Shown: positions 48,045 to 57,498 of the stretch, piece after piece
Position numbering within the stretch: the first letter of the stretch is position 1
Layout of the letters: the number at the start of each line of letters is the position of its first letter
Assembly: GCA_965240335.1 (NCBI GenBank)
Contig: CBDEKM010000011.1
Location: 237,135 to 301,134, forward strand
Reading direction: 5' to 3'
Length of the DNA stretch: 64,000 bases
DNA from: a bacterium
GTDB lineage: Bacteria; JAAXHH01
Position numbers and translations under genes: made by a program
The notes under the pieces: model-generated
Databases searched by the model: none
Seen by the model: the letters and a program-made list of their open reading frames with translations, nothing else
Told to the model about the DNA's origin: nothing

Positions 48045-50135
48045 ATGAAGCGATACCTGCCGCTCCTGCTCGTGCTCATCGCATACCAGGTATTCCACGC
48101 GTACGAGGTCCGGACGCTCGATCAGCGGTCCATTGGAACATCCGAATCATCCCCCGGATCGGCGGAGCCGAAGATATCTGGCCGTCTGCAGGAATTGCTC
48201 TCCACACGGCTATCCGGGGAACGTTTCCGGGTCTGGATACACCTGGCGGACAAGGGAGATGCCGACGGCACCGGGTACCTTGCGGCCCTGGACGCCGCCG
48301 AAGACCGCCTGACACCCCGGGCGCGCCGCCGGCTCGCGTTAAGAAGCGGCAGGCTGGCGGGATGGGAGGACATTCCTGTCCATCGTCCCTATCTGGAACG
48401 TATCGAGGAACTGGGAGGACAGATCCTCCACGTGTCCCGATGGATCAACTCGGCGAGTGTTTCCGCCGCGCCGGAGGTCATCCAGCGACTGTCCGAACTG
48501 CCCTTCGTCACCGGCATCGAACCGGTCAACGCCATGCGGCGTCCGACGCCACCTGTGAACGTGCAGGTCGAAACAGAGGAATCAGCGGTTAAACTCCGCC
48601 CGACCCGCACCACCCGCCTCGACTACGGACCGTCTTTCGTCCAGATGAACCAGTTGCAGGTTCCATCGCTGCACGATCTCGGCCTTTCGGGCCAGGGCGT
48701 GCTGGTGGCATTGTTCGATACGGGGTTCAATCTGGACCACGTGGCATTCGACAGCCTGAGAACCCGGGTGGAAGCCCACCGCGATTTTATAGAGGATCAC
48801 ATGGGTCTCGTCGGATTCCCCTTTACCGCGCACGGCACGCAGGTGCTCTCGACCATCGGCGGGTACGCGCCCGGTCAACTGGTCGGACCGGCATTCGGCG
48901 CCAGTTATCTCCTGGCTAGTACCGAGGCCGTGTCATTCGAAAACGAGATCGAGGAGGACTGGTGGGTGGCCGCGATGGAGTGGGCCGACAGCCTCGGCGT
49001 GGACGTGATCAGCAGTTCGCTCGGTTACACCGACTGGTACATCTATGAGGACATGGACGGCGAAACCGCCATGATCACCCGGGCGGCATCCATAGCGGCG
49101 GACCGCGGTATCGTAGTCGTGAACGCCATGGGCAACACGGGTGGTTTCCCCTATGAAAAGATGATTGCCCCGGCCGATGCCGAAAAAGTGATTTCCGTCG
49201 GTGCCGTAGACTCCGCGGGCCGCCGCGCCGTCTTCTCCTCCATTGGCCCCACCTTCGACGGACGCATCAAGCCGGACGTGATGGCCATGGGCGAAAGCGT
49301 TTACACGGTGGACCCGTCGACCACTGAAGCCTATGTCCGCAGCGATGGCACGTCTTATTCCACGCCCCTGGTGGCCGGTGTCGCCGCGCTGCTGCTGGAA
49401 GCCTATCCACACTGGACGCCCGAAATAGTCCAGCGGGTGCTGCGCCAGACCGCCGGCCAGGCCGCCTCACCGGATACGCTGAACGGATATGGCATCGTCC
49501 ACGCGGTCAACGCCCTGATGACCGAATCTCGGGGGACCGTGCGGGAATTCACGGCCGAGAGCGGCCCGAGCGGTGTATTTCTCGCCTGGACGGCCGGGTT
49601 GGAGATCAACCTGGTGTCCTATCGGATTGAACGTAGAGATCTCCCCGACGGTTCGTTTGAATCGCTGACCTCCATACCCGTGACCCGAGCCCAGGATATT
49701 CGACAAAGTTCGAATAGGTATGTTTTCACGGATACGGACGTCCAACCCGGATCGGCATACGAATACCGGCTGCAATCCGTCGCACTTGAAGGATTCCCGC
49801 TGACCGCTTCGCCGGTAACCGTGCGTATCACCCTAGCGTCCAGCGCGTCCGATACGCCATCGGTGGTCCTCTACCCGAACGCCCCGAATCCATTCGCCAC
49901 CAGCACGAGTATTCGCTTCGAACTGACGGAGCCGGCCCGGGTAACGTTGACGATCTACAATCTACTTGGAAGGAAGGTACGGGTCCTGGTAGATGAAACG
50001 CATGGGCCGGGCAGACACACCCGGATTTGGAATGGAAGGGACGGCGATGGCCGGGCCGTTCCCAGCGGCGTGTATTTTTACCGCATGACGGCCGGCGTTG
50101 TTGAGGAGGGGGGCAAAATGCTGCTGTTGCGTTAA
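48045..50135 (+). CDS. Secreted S8 subtilisin-like peptidase with C-terminal NPF/FlgD-Ig domain
   Basis: Signal-like N-terminus; catalytic triad FDTGF, HGTQV, GTSYSTP; C-terminal YPNAPNPF...IYNLLGRKV...SGVYFYR. Confidence 0.9.
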   Translation: MKRYLPLLLVLIAYQVFHAYEVRTLDQRSIGTSESSPGSAEPKISGRLQELLSTRLSGERFRVWIHLADKGDADGTGYLAALDAAEDRLTPRARRRLALRSGRLAGWEDIPVHRPYLERIEELGGQILHVSRWINSASVSAAPEVIQRLSELPFVTGIEPVNAMRRPTPPVNVQVETEESAVKLRPTRTTRLDYGPSFVQMNQLQVPSLHDLGLSGQGVLVALFDTGFNLDHVAFDSLRTRVEAHRDFIEDHMGLVGFPFTAHGTQVLSTIGGYAPGQLVGPAFGASYLLASTEAVSFENEIEEDWWVAAMEWADSLGVDVISSSLGYTDWYIYEDMDGETAMITRAASIAADRGIVVVNAMGNTGGFPYEKMIAPADAEKVISVGAVDSAGRRAVFSSIGPTFDGRIKPDVMAMGESVYTVDPSTTEAYVRSDGTSYSTPLVAGVAALLLEAYPHWTPEIVQRVLRQTAGQAASPDTLNGYGIVHAVNALMTESRGTVREFTAESGPSGVFLAWTAGLEINLVSYRIERRDLPDGSFESLTSIPVTRAQDIRQSSNRYVFTDTDVQPGSAYEYRLQSVALEGFPLTASPVTVRITLASSASDTPSVVLYPNAPNPFATSTSIRFELTEPARVTLTIYNLLGRKVRVLVDETHGPGRHTRIWNGRDGDGRAVPSGVYFYRMTAGVVEEGGKMLLLR

Positions 50136-50220
50136 GGTGCGCCATGCTCCCGGATCGCAACGCACGATTGAAAACCGAGCGGAAACGGTGTATGCAAGGT
50201 TTCGATGCTCCATAAATAGA

Positions 50221-50249
50221 TTGACAACGAAACAGGGGCTGGTTATATA
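50221..50249 (+). promoter_or_regulatory. sigma-70 promoter of the IscA-Mrp-JAB-XdhC cluster
   Basis: TTGACA-N17-TATATA. Confidence 0.65.
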
Positions 50250-50336
50250 GTTGAGCAGAAGGAAGTGTGTTATTCCGGACGATTCAAGATAGAGGTAATC
50301 AAACCACTTACGGTCTTTGCAAAGGGGTTGGATATC

Positions 50337-50660
50337 ATGGTCACCGTGACGGATGTTGCTGCCGACAAGATTAAAGTCATGATAGAAGATCAGGACAGTC
50401 CGGATCTCGGACTGCGCGTCATGATCGCCGGCGGTGGCTGCTCCGGCTTTCAGTACCGTCTCGCTTTCGACAAGCAGGCGACCGACAGCGACCAGGTTAT
50501 CGAGCAGAACGGTGTCAAGGTTTTCGTAGACAACAAGAGCGCCATCTACCTGATGGGTGCGGAACTGGATTATGTAGAAGGACTGATGGGTGCAGGGTTC
50601 AAGGTCAACAATCCCAATGCCAAAGGATCCTGCGGTTGCGGCGAGTCTTTTTACGTATAG
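50337..50660 (+). CDS. HesB/IscA/ErpA A-type Fe-S carrier
   Basis: GGCSG and NPNAKGSCGCGESF with the three conserved Cys. Confidence 0.93.
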   Translation: MVTVTDVAADKIKVMIEDQDSPDLGLRVMIAGGGCSGFQYRLAFDKQATDSDQVIEQNGVKVFVDNKSAIYLMGAELDYVEGLMGAGFKVNNPNAKGSCGCGESFYV

Positions 50661-50684
50661 ACCCGTAAAGCGCGTGAGCGGAAG

Positions 50685-50729
50685 CCGGGCAGCTCGGGCA
50701 GCTCGGGCAGCTTGGGCAATCCAGGCAGT
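50685..50729 (+). repeat. 5 x 9-bp intergenic tandem repeat (YYRGGCARY)
   Basis: CCGGGCAGC TCGGGCAGC TCGGGCAGC TTGGGCAAT CCAGGCAGT. Confidence 0.85.
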
Positions 50730-50751
50730 CCGTTAACGCGGATCGAGAACT

Positions 50752-51585
50752 TTGGCTGCGGAATCCGAAAACCCCCGTGCGACGCTGACCGGCATTCGGC
50801 ACGTCATCGCCGTGGCAAGCGGCAAGGGTGGCGTGGGCAAATCGACAGTCAGCGTCAACCTGGCCCTTGCACTCGCGGAAGCACGCCATGCGGTCGGCTT
50901 GCTCGACGCGGACGTGTACGGCCCGAACGTCCCCCAGATGATGGGCGTCACCGGGTCCCTCGAGAAAGATCCTTCAGGCAGAATTCAACCCATAATTCAG
51001 CATGGTATCCGATTGGTATCCGTCGGTTTCGTCGTGGGACCATCGGACGCGGTGATCTATAGAGGCCCCCTGGTCGGAAAGATGGTGAAGGGGTTTCTGG
51101 GCAACGTGTCCTGGGGGGAACTGGACTACCTGGTGGTCGATCTTCCACCCGGTACCGGCGACGCGGCGCTGACCCTGGCACAGTCCACGGAACTGACCGG
51201 GGCGGTCATCGTCACGACACCGCAACAGGTCGCCCTGTCGGACGTACGCAAATCGATCTCCATGTTTCAACGTCTGCGGGTTCCCGTGCTGGGTATAGTC
51301 GAAAACATGAGTTACTTCGTCAATCCGGGGGCAGATGAACGGGCAGGGCGAACCTACATATTCGGCCGGGGCGGCGGCAGGGCGTTGAGCGATGAACTGG
51401 ACCTGCCCTTCCTGGGTGAGATCCCCCTCTCGCCGGACGTTTGCGCGGGGGGAGACGCCGGCGAACCGATCTACCTGGATCCGGCGAGTACCGTAGAAGC
51501 GGCGGCTTTCAACGGTATCCGGGCGGCCGTCGAGGCCGGGATCGAGCGCCAGCCGGCGCCTGTGCCCGGTCCGCTTCGCTCCTGA
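50752..51585 (+). CDS. Mrp/NBP35 (ApbC) P-loop ATPase
   Basis: SGKGGVGKST, DADVYGPNVP, VDLPPGTGD, VTTPQ, GIVENMS. Confidence 0.92.
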   Translation: MAAESENPRATLTGIRHVIAVASGKGGVGKSTVSVNLALALAEARHAVGLLDADVYGPNVPQMMGVTGSLEKDPSGRIQPIIQHGIRLVSVGFVVGPSDAVIYRGPLVGKMVKGFLGNVSWGELDYLVVDLPPGTGDAALTLAQSTELTGAVIVTTPQQVALSDVRKSISMFQRLRVPVLGIVENMSYFVNPGADERAGRTYIFGRGGGRALSDELDLPFLGEIPLSPDVCAGGDAGEPIYLDPASTVEAAAFNGIRAAVEAGIERQPAPVPGPLRS

Positions 51586-52043
51586 TGCTGCTACCCCGGT
51601 CCGTCTACGACGACATGGCCGCCCATGCCGTCGAGGAGTATCCCCGGGAGTGCTGTGGGTTTCTGACCGGAAAGGATGATCCGGACTCCTGGCGGGTTCA
51701 CCGATGCACAAACATACAGAACGAATTGCACGCGAAGGATCCGGAGCAGTATCCGAGGGATGCCCGGACCGCCTACGTGTTCAGCCGAGAGGACATGGAA
51801 CGGCTGTTCTTTGGAGCGATTGAACCACCGGGCGCACAGGTCCTGGGGTTCTACCATTCGCACCCGGATACACCGGCCTATTTCTCGGAAAAGGACCGGA
51901 TGGAAGCCTTGACCGACTGGCTGGACCCGGAACCGGGCTACCTGGTTCTTTCCGTCACGGGTGAGACCGTAAGCGAAATCAAAATGTACCGGTGGATAGA
52001 TGATGAGGCTGGATTCCGGGAGATACCCGTAAAACTGGTATGA
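51585..52043 (+). CDS. JAB/MPN+ (M67) metallopeptidase
   Basis: EEYPRECCG and YHSHPDTPAYFSEKD JAMM motif. Confidence 0.88.
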   Translation: MLLPRSVYDDMAAHAVEEYPRECCGFLTGKDDPDSWRVHRCTNIQNELHAKDPEQYPRDARTAYVFSREDMERLFFGAIEPPGAQVLGFYHSHPDTPAYFSEKDRMEALTDWLDPEPGYLVLSVTGETVSEIKMYRWIDDEAGFREIPVKLV

Positions 52044-52064
52044 TCCCGCAGCGGGGACAGGCGC

Positions 52065-53183
52065 ATGAAAGAAGTATTCGACGAGGTCTTGGAGGTGCTC
52101 TCGCGGGGTGAGCAGGCGGCGCTTTCCACCATCGTATCGAGCAAGGGATCGCTGCCGATGAGCAAGAAGGCGAAAATGCTCGTCAAGCGCGACGGTACCT
52201 TTACCGGAACGGTGGGCGGAGGATGCCTGGAAGCCGACGTCTGGTCCGAGGCGCGCGAAGTGATGGAACGGTCATTGCCCCGGTTGCAGCATTTCATTCT
52301 GACCGAGAAGCACGCCGGTGACGAGGGCCTGAACTGCGGCGGTAACGTGGAAATCTTCACAGAACCGATCAATGCGGGACCAATGCAGGAGGTCTTCGAA
52401 GCCATTAGCCGTCTCCATGACTCCCGGGGGGTCGGACTCCTGGCCACGCTGGTGTCTGGGCAGTCCGGAACGGAGGGCAGCAAGTTGCTGATCACGGAGT
52501 CAGGAGAGACCATCGGGACGCTGGGCGATCCCGCCCTGGACGACCGGGTCAGGCTGGATTCGGATATTGAAATAACCGAGAACCTGTTGCGCGTGGTCAA
52601 TATGGATCATGAAGGGGCGGAGATCCGGGTCTTCATGGAGTCCATCTGGCCGGCGCCTCAACTGTTTCTCTTCGGTGGAGGCCATGTCGCCAGGGCCATC
52701 GCCCGGATCGCCGATTCGGTCGGATTCCGGATCATCGTGGTGGATGACCGGCCGGCCTTCGCGAACCATGAACGCTTTCCCGAAGCCGACTCGGTGGTCG
52801 TAGACGCCTTCGATGAAGTCGTCGGCAAGCTGCCCATCGATGGCTCATCCTACCTGATCGCCGTGACACGGGGGCACCAGTGGGACCAGCCCGTCATCGA
52901 ACAGGCGGTGTGGACCGACGCCGCGTACATCGGCATGATCGGCAGCCGGCGGAAAATCGCCCTGATGTGGAAGAACCTGGAAGGAAAAGGCGTGCCGCGG
53001 CACCTGCTGGACCAGGTACACGCGCCAATCGGCGTGGAGATACAGGCCGATACGCCCGAGGAAATCGCGGTGAGCATCATGGCCGAGTTGATCGAGTTCC
53101 GCCGGTCAGGCGGTAAGCCTGCCCACCTGCTTTCCGGTGTAAAGGAAGCCTCGGGAACGGCGAGTACGCCCCGGAAAGTCTAA
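52065..53183 (+). CDS. XdhC/CoxI-family molybdenum hydroxylase maturation factor
   Basis: GTVGGGCLE, CGG, LFGGGHVA, YIGMIGSRRK, HAPIG..TPEEIAVSI. Confidence 0.9.
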   Translation: MKEVFDEVLEVLSRGEQAALSTIVSSKGSLPMSKKAKMLVKRDGTFTGTVGGGCLEADVWSEAREVMERSLPRLQHFILTEKHAGDEGLNCGGNVEIFTEPINAGPMQEVFEAISRLHDSRGVGLLATLVSGQSGTEGSKLLITESGETIGTLGDPALDDRVRLDSDIEITENLLRVVNMDHEGAEIRVFMESIWPAPQLFLFGGGHVARAIARIADSVGFRIIVVDDRPAFANHERFPEADSVVVDAFDEVVGKLPIDGSSYLIAVTRGHQWDQPVIEQAVWTDAAYIGMIGSRRKIALMWKNLEGKGVPRHLLDQVHAPIGVEIQADTPEEIAVSIMAELIEFRRSGGKPAHLLSGVKEASGTASTPRKV

Positions 53184-54415
53184 CCGGTTTCCTGCAACTC
53201 GTCGCGGTGATCCCCTATCTTCGCGACGGCCCGGACGATATCATCCATATCCTCCTGGTTGCCCAGCATCACATTCTGCGTGAACCAGACCGCCTCCGAA
53301 CCGCAGGCTCTCTCCGTTACCGGTAGATTCAACGCATCGAAATCAACGGCAGACAGTGCCGGACTCTGGTATATCCCATAGTTCCGGTCCCTGAATACCG
53401 GTTGTCTGTACAGCGGCATGGAATATCCGGGACTGGCGGGAATACCCTCCGCGCGGAGTGCCTCGATGAACCGTGTTTTCGTGATTCCACGGAAGGCTCC
53501 CTCGTTGTATTTGAACATGTAAAGATGCCGCGCGTGGCGGTCGGCCTTAGCGGGCCTGGACACCGGAACGATGCCGTTGATCGCTCCGAGACGTTCGGTC
53601 AGGTACTCGCCGTTCCCGTGGCGCCTGCCAGCCTGTGCCTCCAGGTGTTCCATCTGGGCCAGGAGCAGGGCACCCTGCACTTCGGTCATCCGGTGGTTGC
53701 CGGCGACGCGATAGTGATTGTACCTGGGCTCCGAAGCGATGTGTCCGCAGTCGGCCAGGGAACGTGCATTCGCCGCCAGCCCGTCGTCGTTGGTCAGTAT
53801 GATGCCACCTTCGCCTGCGTTGAGATTCTTGGATGACTGGAAGCTGAAGGCCCCCACGGCGCCAATTCCGCCCACTCCCCGTCCTCCCCATCTCGCTCCG
53901 TGGGCCTGGGCGGCGTCCTCGACTACCGCCAGCCCGTGCCGCCGGGAGATCTCACGGATCTGGTCCATGTCCGCGGGCAGGCCCGCGAAATGTACCGCGA
54001 CCACGGCTCTTGTACGCGGCGTTACCGCCGGTTCGACCAGGCGGGGATCCAGGTTGTAGGTATCGGGATCGATGTCGACGAACACGGGCACGGCGTTCGA
54101 CATCACGATCGCGCTGGCCGACGCGATGAACGTATAGGCCGGTACGATGACTTCGTCCCCGGGCTCGATGCCGATCGACTGCAGTGCGAGACACAGCGCC
54201 GTGGTGCCATTGCTGACGGCGATACCGTGGGCGGTCTGTTGAAACGCGGCAAAGCGCTTTTCAAAGTTTTTGACATTATCGCCCTGGTTACTGCCCCACT
54301 TTCCAGATTGTACGGTTTCTCCTGCGGCCCGGGCGCTGTCTTCCAGGTTCATGGGCCAGATAGGAAAGGGTTCCGTTCGTACCGGCGCCGCACCGTTTAT
54401 AGCCAGTCGGGGCAT
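53180..54415 (-). CDS. DegT/DnrJ/EryC1/StrS aminotransferase
   Basis: NGTTAL, VEDAAQAHG, FSFQSSKNL.AGEGG with the PLP lysine. Confidence 0.9.
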   Translation of the reverse strand: MPRLAINGAAPVRTEPFPIWPMNLEDSARAAGETVQSGKWGSNQGDNVKNFEKRFAAFQQTAHGIAVSNGTTALCLALQSIGIEPGDEVIVPAYTFIASASAIVMSNAVPVFVDIDPDTYNLDPRLVEPAVTPRTRAVVAVHFAGLPADMDQIREISRRHGLAVVEDAAQAHGARWGGRGVGGIGAVGAFSFQSSKNLNAGEGGIILTNDDGLAANARSLADCGHIASEPRYNHYRVAGNHRMTEVQGALLLAQMEHLEAQAGRRHGNGEYLTERLGAINGIVPVSRPAKADRHARHLYMFKYNEGAFRGITKTRFIEALRAEGIPASPGYSMPLYRQPVFRDRNYGIYQSPALSAVDFDALNLPVTERACGSEAVWFTQNVMLGNQEDMDDIVRAVAKIGDHRDELQETG

Positions 54416-54431
54416 TGGATTCTCCAGGGTA

Positions 54432-55343
54432 TCATTCGAAGAGGGCTTCCACGAAGGCGGGGGCGTCGAAATCCTGCAGATCCTCGATACTTTCACCCAC
54501 GCCAATAAGTTTTACGGGGATGGACAGCTGGTCGCCGATGGCGAACACGATGCCGCCCCGGGCCGTTCCGTCCAGTTTCGTCAGCGCGATGCCCGTCAGT
54601 CCCCCCAGGGTTTCGTTGAAAACGCGGGCCTGGGAGAGCGCGTTCTGGCCCGTCGTACCGTCGAGGACAAGCAGCACTTCGTGGGGGGCGCCGTCCAGTT
54701 GCTTGCCCAGCGTGCGCTTGATCTTCTTCAGTTCCTCCATCAGGTTGTCCTTGGTGTGCAACCGGCCCGCCGTGTCGATGATGACGACGTCCGATTTACG
54801 CGCCAGGGCGGCCTGCATCGCGTCGAAGACCACGGCCGAAGGATCCGATCCATGCTGGTGCCGGATGATATCCGCTTCCGCGCGGTGCGCCCAGACCTCG
54901 AGTTGGTCTATGGCCGCCGCGCGAAAGGTATCGGCCGCGGCCAGCAGGACTTGCTTGCCTTCCCGGGCATAACGGGCCGCCATTTTACCCGCGGTCGTCG
55001 TTTTGCCCGTCCCGTTAACGCCCACGATCATGATGACATGGGGACGGTGACCCGTTTCCGGTGCCGGCGAATCCTTCAGGATACCTTCCATCTCTTCACG
55101 GAGCAACCCCATGAGGTCATCGGGGTTCCGGGTCCGATTGCCGACCGCCCGATCGCGCAGTCCGTCGATGATCCGCGAGGTCGTTTCCATGCCCACGTCG
55201 GTCTGCAGCAGGATGGATTCGATTTCCTCCAGCAGATCCTCGTCTATGCGGTCATATCGTCCCACGGCCTGGTCGATCCTGCGAACCAACCCGTCCCGCG
55301 TTCGGGCCAATCCGTCTCTCAGTCTACGTACGACACCCAGCAT
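54432..55343 (-). CDS. ftsY: SRP receptor FtsY (short form)
   Basis: GVNGTGKTTT, DTFRAAA, DTAGRLH, TKLDGTARGG. Confidence 0.96.
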   Translation of the reverse strand: MLGVVRRLRDGLARTRDGLVRRIDQAVGRYDRIDEDLLEEIESILLQTDVGMETTSRIIDGLRDRAVGNRTRNPDDLMGLLREEMEGILKDSPAPETGHRPHVIMIVGVNGTGKTTTAGKMAARYAREGKQVLLAAADTFRAAAIDQLEVWAHRAEADIIRHQHGSDPSAVVFDAMQAALARKSDVVIIDTAGRLHTKDNLMEELKKIKRTLGKQLDGAPHEVLLVLDGTTGQNALSQARVFNETLGGLTGIALTKLDGTARGGIVFAIGDQLSIPVKLIGVGESIEDLQDFDAPAFVEALFE

Positions 55344-55391
55344 GCCTGGTCCCCGCAGTCCTTTCGTCCTATCTGACCGGTTCACATACAG

Positions 55392-55428
55392 AAAAGCCGG
55401 GAGAGCAGTTGTCGGCCTTCCCGGCTTT
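55392..55428 (-). terminator. Intrinsic terminator after trxA
   Basis: Minus strand AAAGCCGGGA...TCCCGGCTTT stem ending in a T-tract. Confidence 0.6.
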
Positions 55429-55452
55429 CGTAAAATCGCAGTTCAGCGTTCA

Positions 55453-55479
55453 ATGGGTCGAATGGATCGAATGGGTCGT
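55453..55479 (+). repeat. 3 x 9-bp intergenic tandem repeat
   Basis: ATGGGTCGA ATGGATCGA ATGGGTCGT. Confidence 0.75.
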
Positions 55480-55481
55480 GC

Positions 55482-55805
55482 TTACAGATGACCATCGATT
55501 TTTTCGGCGAGTTGCTGCTTGGGAAGCGCACCGATGATTCGGTCTACTTCGGCGCCGTCCTTGAATATCAAGAGGCTCGGTATGCTCCGGATTCCAAAAC
55601 GGGTCGCTGCTTCACGGTTTTCGTCCACGTCGACCTTGACGACTTTCAGGCGCCCGTCGTAGTCGCCCGCAAGCTCTACCAGTGTGGGGGCGACGGCCTT
55701 GCAGGGTCCGCACCATTCCGCCCAGAAATCGACCAGTACGGGGGTATTGCTATTGATTACCTCGGACTCGAACTGATCGTCCGTGATCGCTGTTGGATGT
55801 CCCAC
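55482..55805 (-). CDS. trxA: Thioredoxin
   Basis: VDFWAEWCGPCK; GTG start with GGAG SD. Confidence 0.95.
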   Translation of the reverse strand: MGHPTAITDDQFESEVINSNTPVLVDFWAEWCGPCKAVAPTLVELAGDYDGRLKVVKVDVDENREAATRFGIRSIPSLLIFKDGAEVDRIIGALPKQQLAEKIDGHL

Positions 55806-55911
55806 TTTCACTGCTCCTTTCACAATTATGAATTAAATCACTCACTGCCAAATACGGCATTTCAGGGTCGATTTGTCAAGCATTTTCGATGGGTCGTTCA
55901 ACGGGAAAGGG

Positions 55912-57495
55912 TCAGGCGTAGTCGTCGAGTCCATAGTCCTTGATCTTGCGGTAAATGGACCGCTCGCTGATGCCGAGTTCGCGTGCGGCCCTGCCCCTGT
56001 GGCCGCCGTTTCGTTCGAGGGCGCGTCGCAGAGCCTCCCGTTCCCAGTCTCCCATCGTGCGCAACCGGTCCAGGTCGTCGTCACTCGAAACCACCACGGC
56101 AGGAGGGCCGATGTCCTGACTCTCTTCCACGACGGGAAGTTCGGGACCCTGGTCCGCTTCGGTGGGTGTTGGCAACTGAAAGTGTTCCGGAAGCTGGGTG
56201 GGATTGCGGCCGCCGAAGGCCGCGGAGATCTGGGCTGGAAGCTCGTGGATGGCGGTCAGGATCTGCCACAGGATCTTGTAGAACATCTCCCGGTCCACGT
56301 CCTCCGGGTTCCGGTTCTGCGGGACCGGCAGGGTGCGGTTCGACAAGGGCGGCGTGTAGATGGTGTCCGGAAGGTCGTCCGCGTCGATCCGGGATTTGCC
56401 GGAAGTGACCACCAGCGTTTCGACGAGGTTTCGCAGTTCCCGGATGTTGCCAGGCCATTCGAAGTCCGCCAGGGTCGCCAGGGCTTCCTCCGTGAATACC
56501 GGGCCAGGCGCACCGTGCTTTTTACGCGCCACGTGGATGAAATGGTTGATCAGCCTGGGAATGTCCTCGCGGCGTTCGCGCAGGGCGGGCAGATGGATGC
56601 GCACGGCGTTGAGCCGATAGTACAGGTCCTGGCGGAAAGTCCCGTCGCGTATATCCCCGGCGAGGTCGCGGTTGGTCGAAGCGATCAGGCGGACGTTGGT
56701 CTTCACTGGCGTAGAACCGCCTACACGGATGAATTCCTGCTGCTCCAGGACGCGCAGCAGTTTTACCTGCGTGGAACGGGGCATCTCGCCGATCTCGTCC
56801 AGGAGCAGCGTGCCACCGTCCGCCTGTTCGAAGTATCCCTTCCTCTGCCCCTTGGCGTCCGTGAAGGCGCCTTTCTCGTGGCCGAACAACTCGCTTTCCA
56901 AAACTCCTTCGGCGATGGCGCCGCAGTTGATCGGAACGAAGGGGCCGTCACGCCGGTCACTGAAATGATGGATCGCCCGGGCGAACCCTTCCTTGCCGGT
57001 ACCGCTTTCACCGGTGAGCAGGACCTGGATCCCCGTGGGCGCTACCTGAAGCACCGATTCCATGGCGGCAATGAAGCTTTTGTCCCTGCCCACAAGCTGG
57101 AAACGCTGGTGAAACTCCCGTCGCTGGTCCAGCATGCGCATCTTCGTCAGCAGTTCTTCGGTATTGACGGGTTTTTCTATATAGTCGCTGACATCGAGTT
57201 GGCGGTACTGCCGGGGTGGCTGGCGCTGCCGCGTGGTGAGTATGATGTCGGTGTCCGGGTGTTTTCCCGCAATCGTGCGAATGAGCCGTTCCGGGTCGGC
57301 GTCGTTCAGGGCGAGATCTACGAGGACGGCGTCAGGCGGATTTTTCCTCATCGCGCTCAGCGCTTCGGCCGCGTCGCCGGTTCCCTGTACGTCGTAACCC
57401 GCTTCCCGCAAGACACGTACCGCGTGACGCAGGCTGTCCGTTTCACCGTCCACGACGAGAATAGTACGACCTTCCACTCCGGGTCTCCTTGGCAA
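55912..57495 (-). CDS. NtrC-type sigma-54 enhancer-binding response regulator (REC-AAA+-HTH)
   Basis: GESGTGKE, GAFTDA, FRQDLYYRL, WPGNIREL, C-terminal HTH LGISERSIYRK. Confidence 0.92.
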   Translation of the reverse strand: MPRRPGVEGRTILVVDGETDSLRHAVRVLREAGYDVQGTGDAAEALSAMRKNPPDAVLVDLALNDADPERLIRTIAGKHPDTDIILTTRQRQPPRQYRQLDVSDYIEKPVNTEELLTKMRMLDQRREFHQRFQLVGRDKSFIAAMESVLQVAPTGIQVLLTGESGTGKEGFARAIHHFSDRRDGPFVPINCGAIAEGVLESELFGHEKGAFTDAKGQRKGYFEQADGGTLLLDEIGEMPRSTQVKLLRVLEQQEFIRVGGSTPVKTNVRLIASTNRDLAGDIRDGTFRQDLYYRLNAVRIHLPALRERREDIPRLINHFIHVARKKHGAPGPVFTEEALATLADFEWPGNIRELRNLVETLVVTSGKSRIDADDLPDTIYTPPLSNRTLPVPQNRNPEDVDREMFYKILWQILTAIHELPAQISAAFGGRNPTQLPEHFQLPTPTEADQGPELPVVEESQDIGPPAVVVSSDDDLDRLRTMGDWEREALRRALERNGGHRGRAARELGISERSIYRKIKDYGLDDYA

Positions 57496-57498
57496 TTG

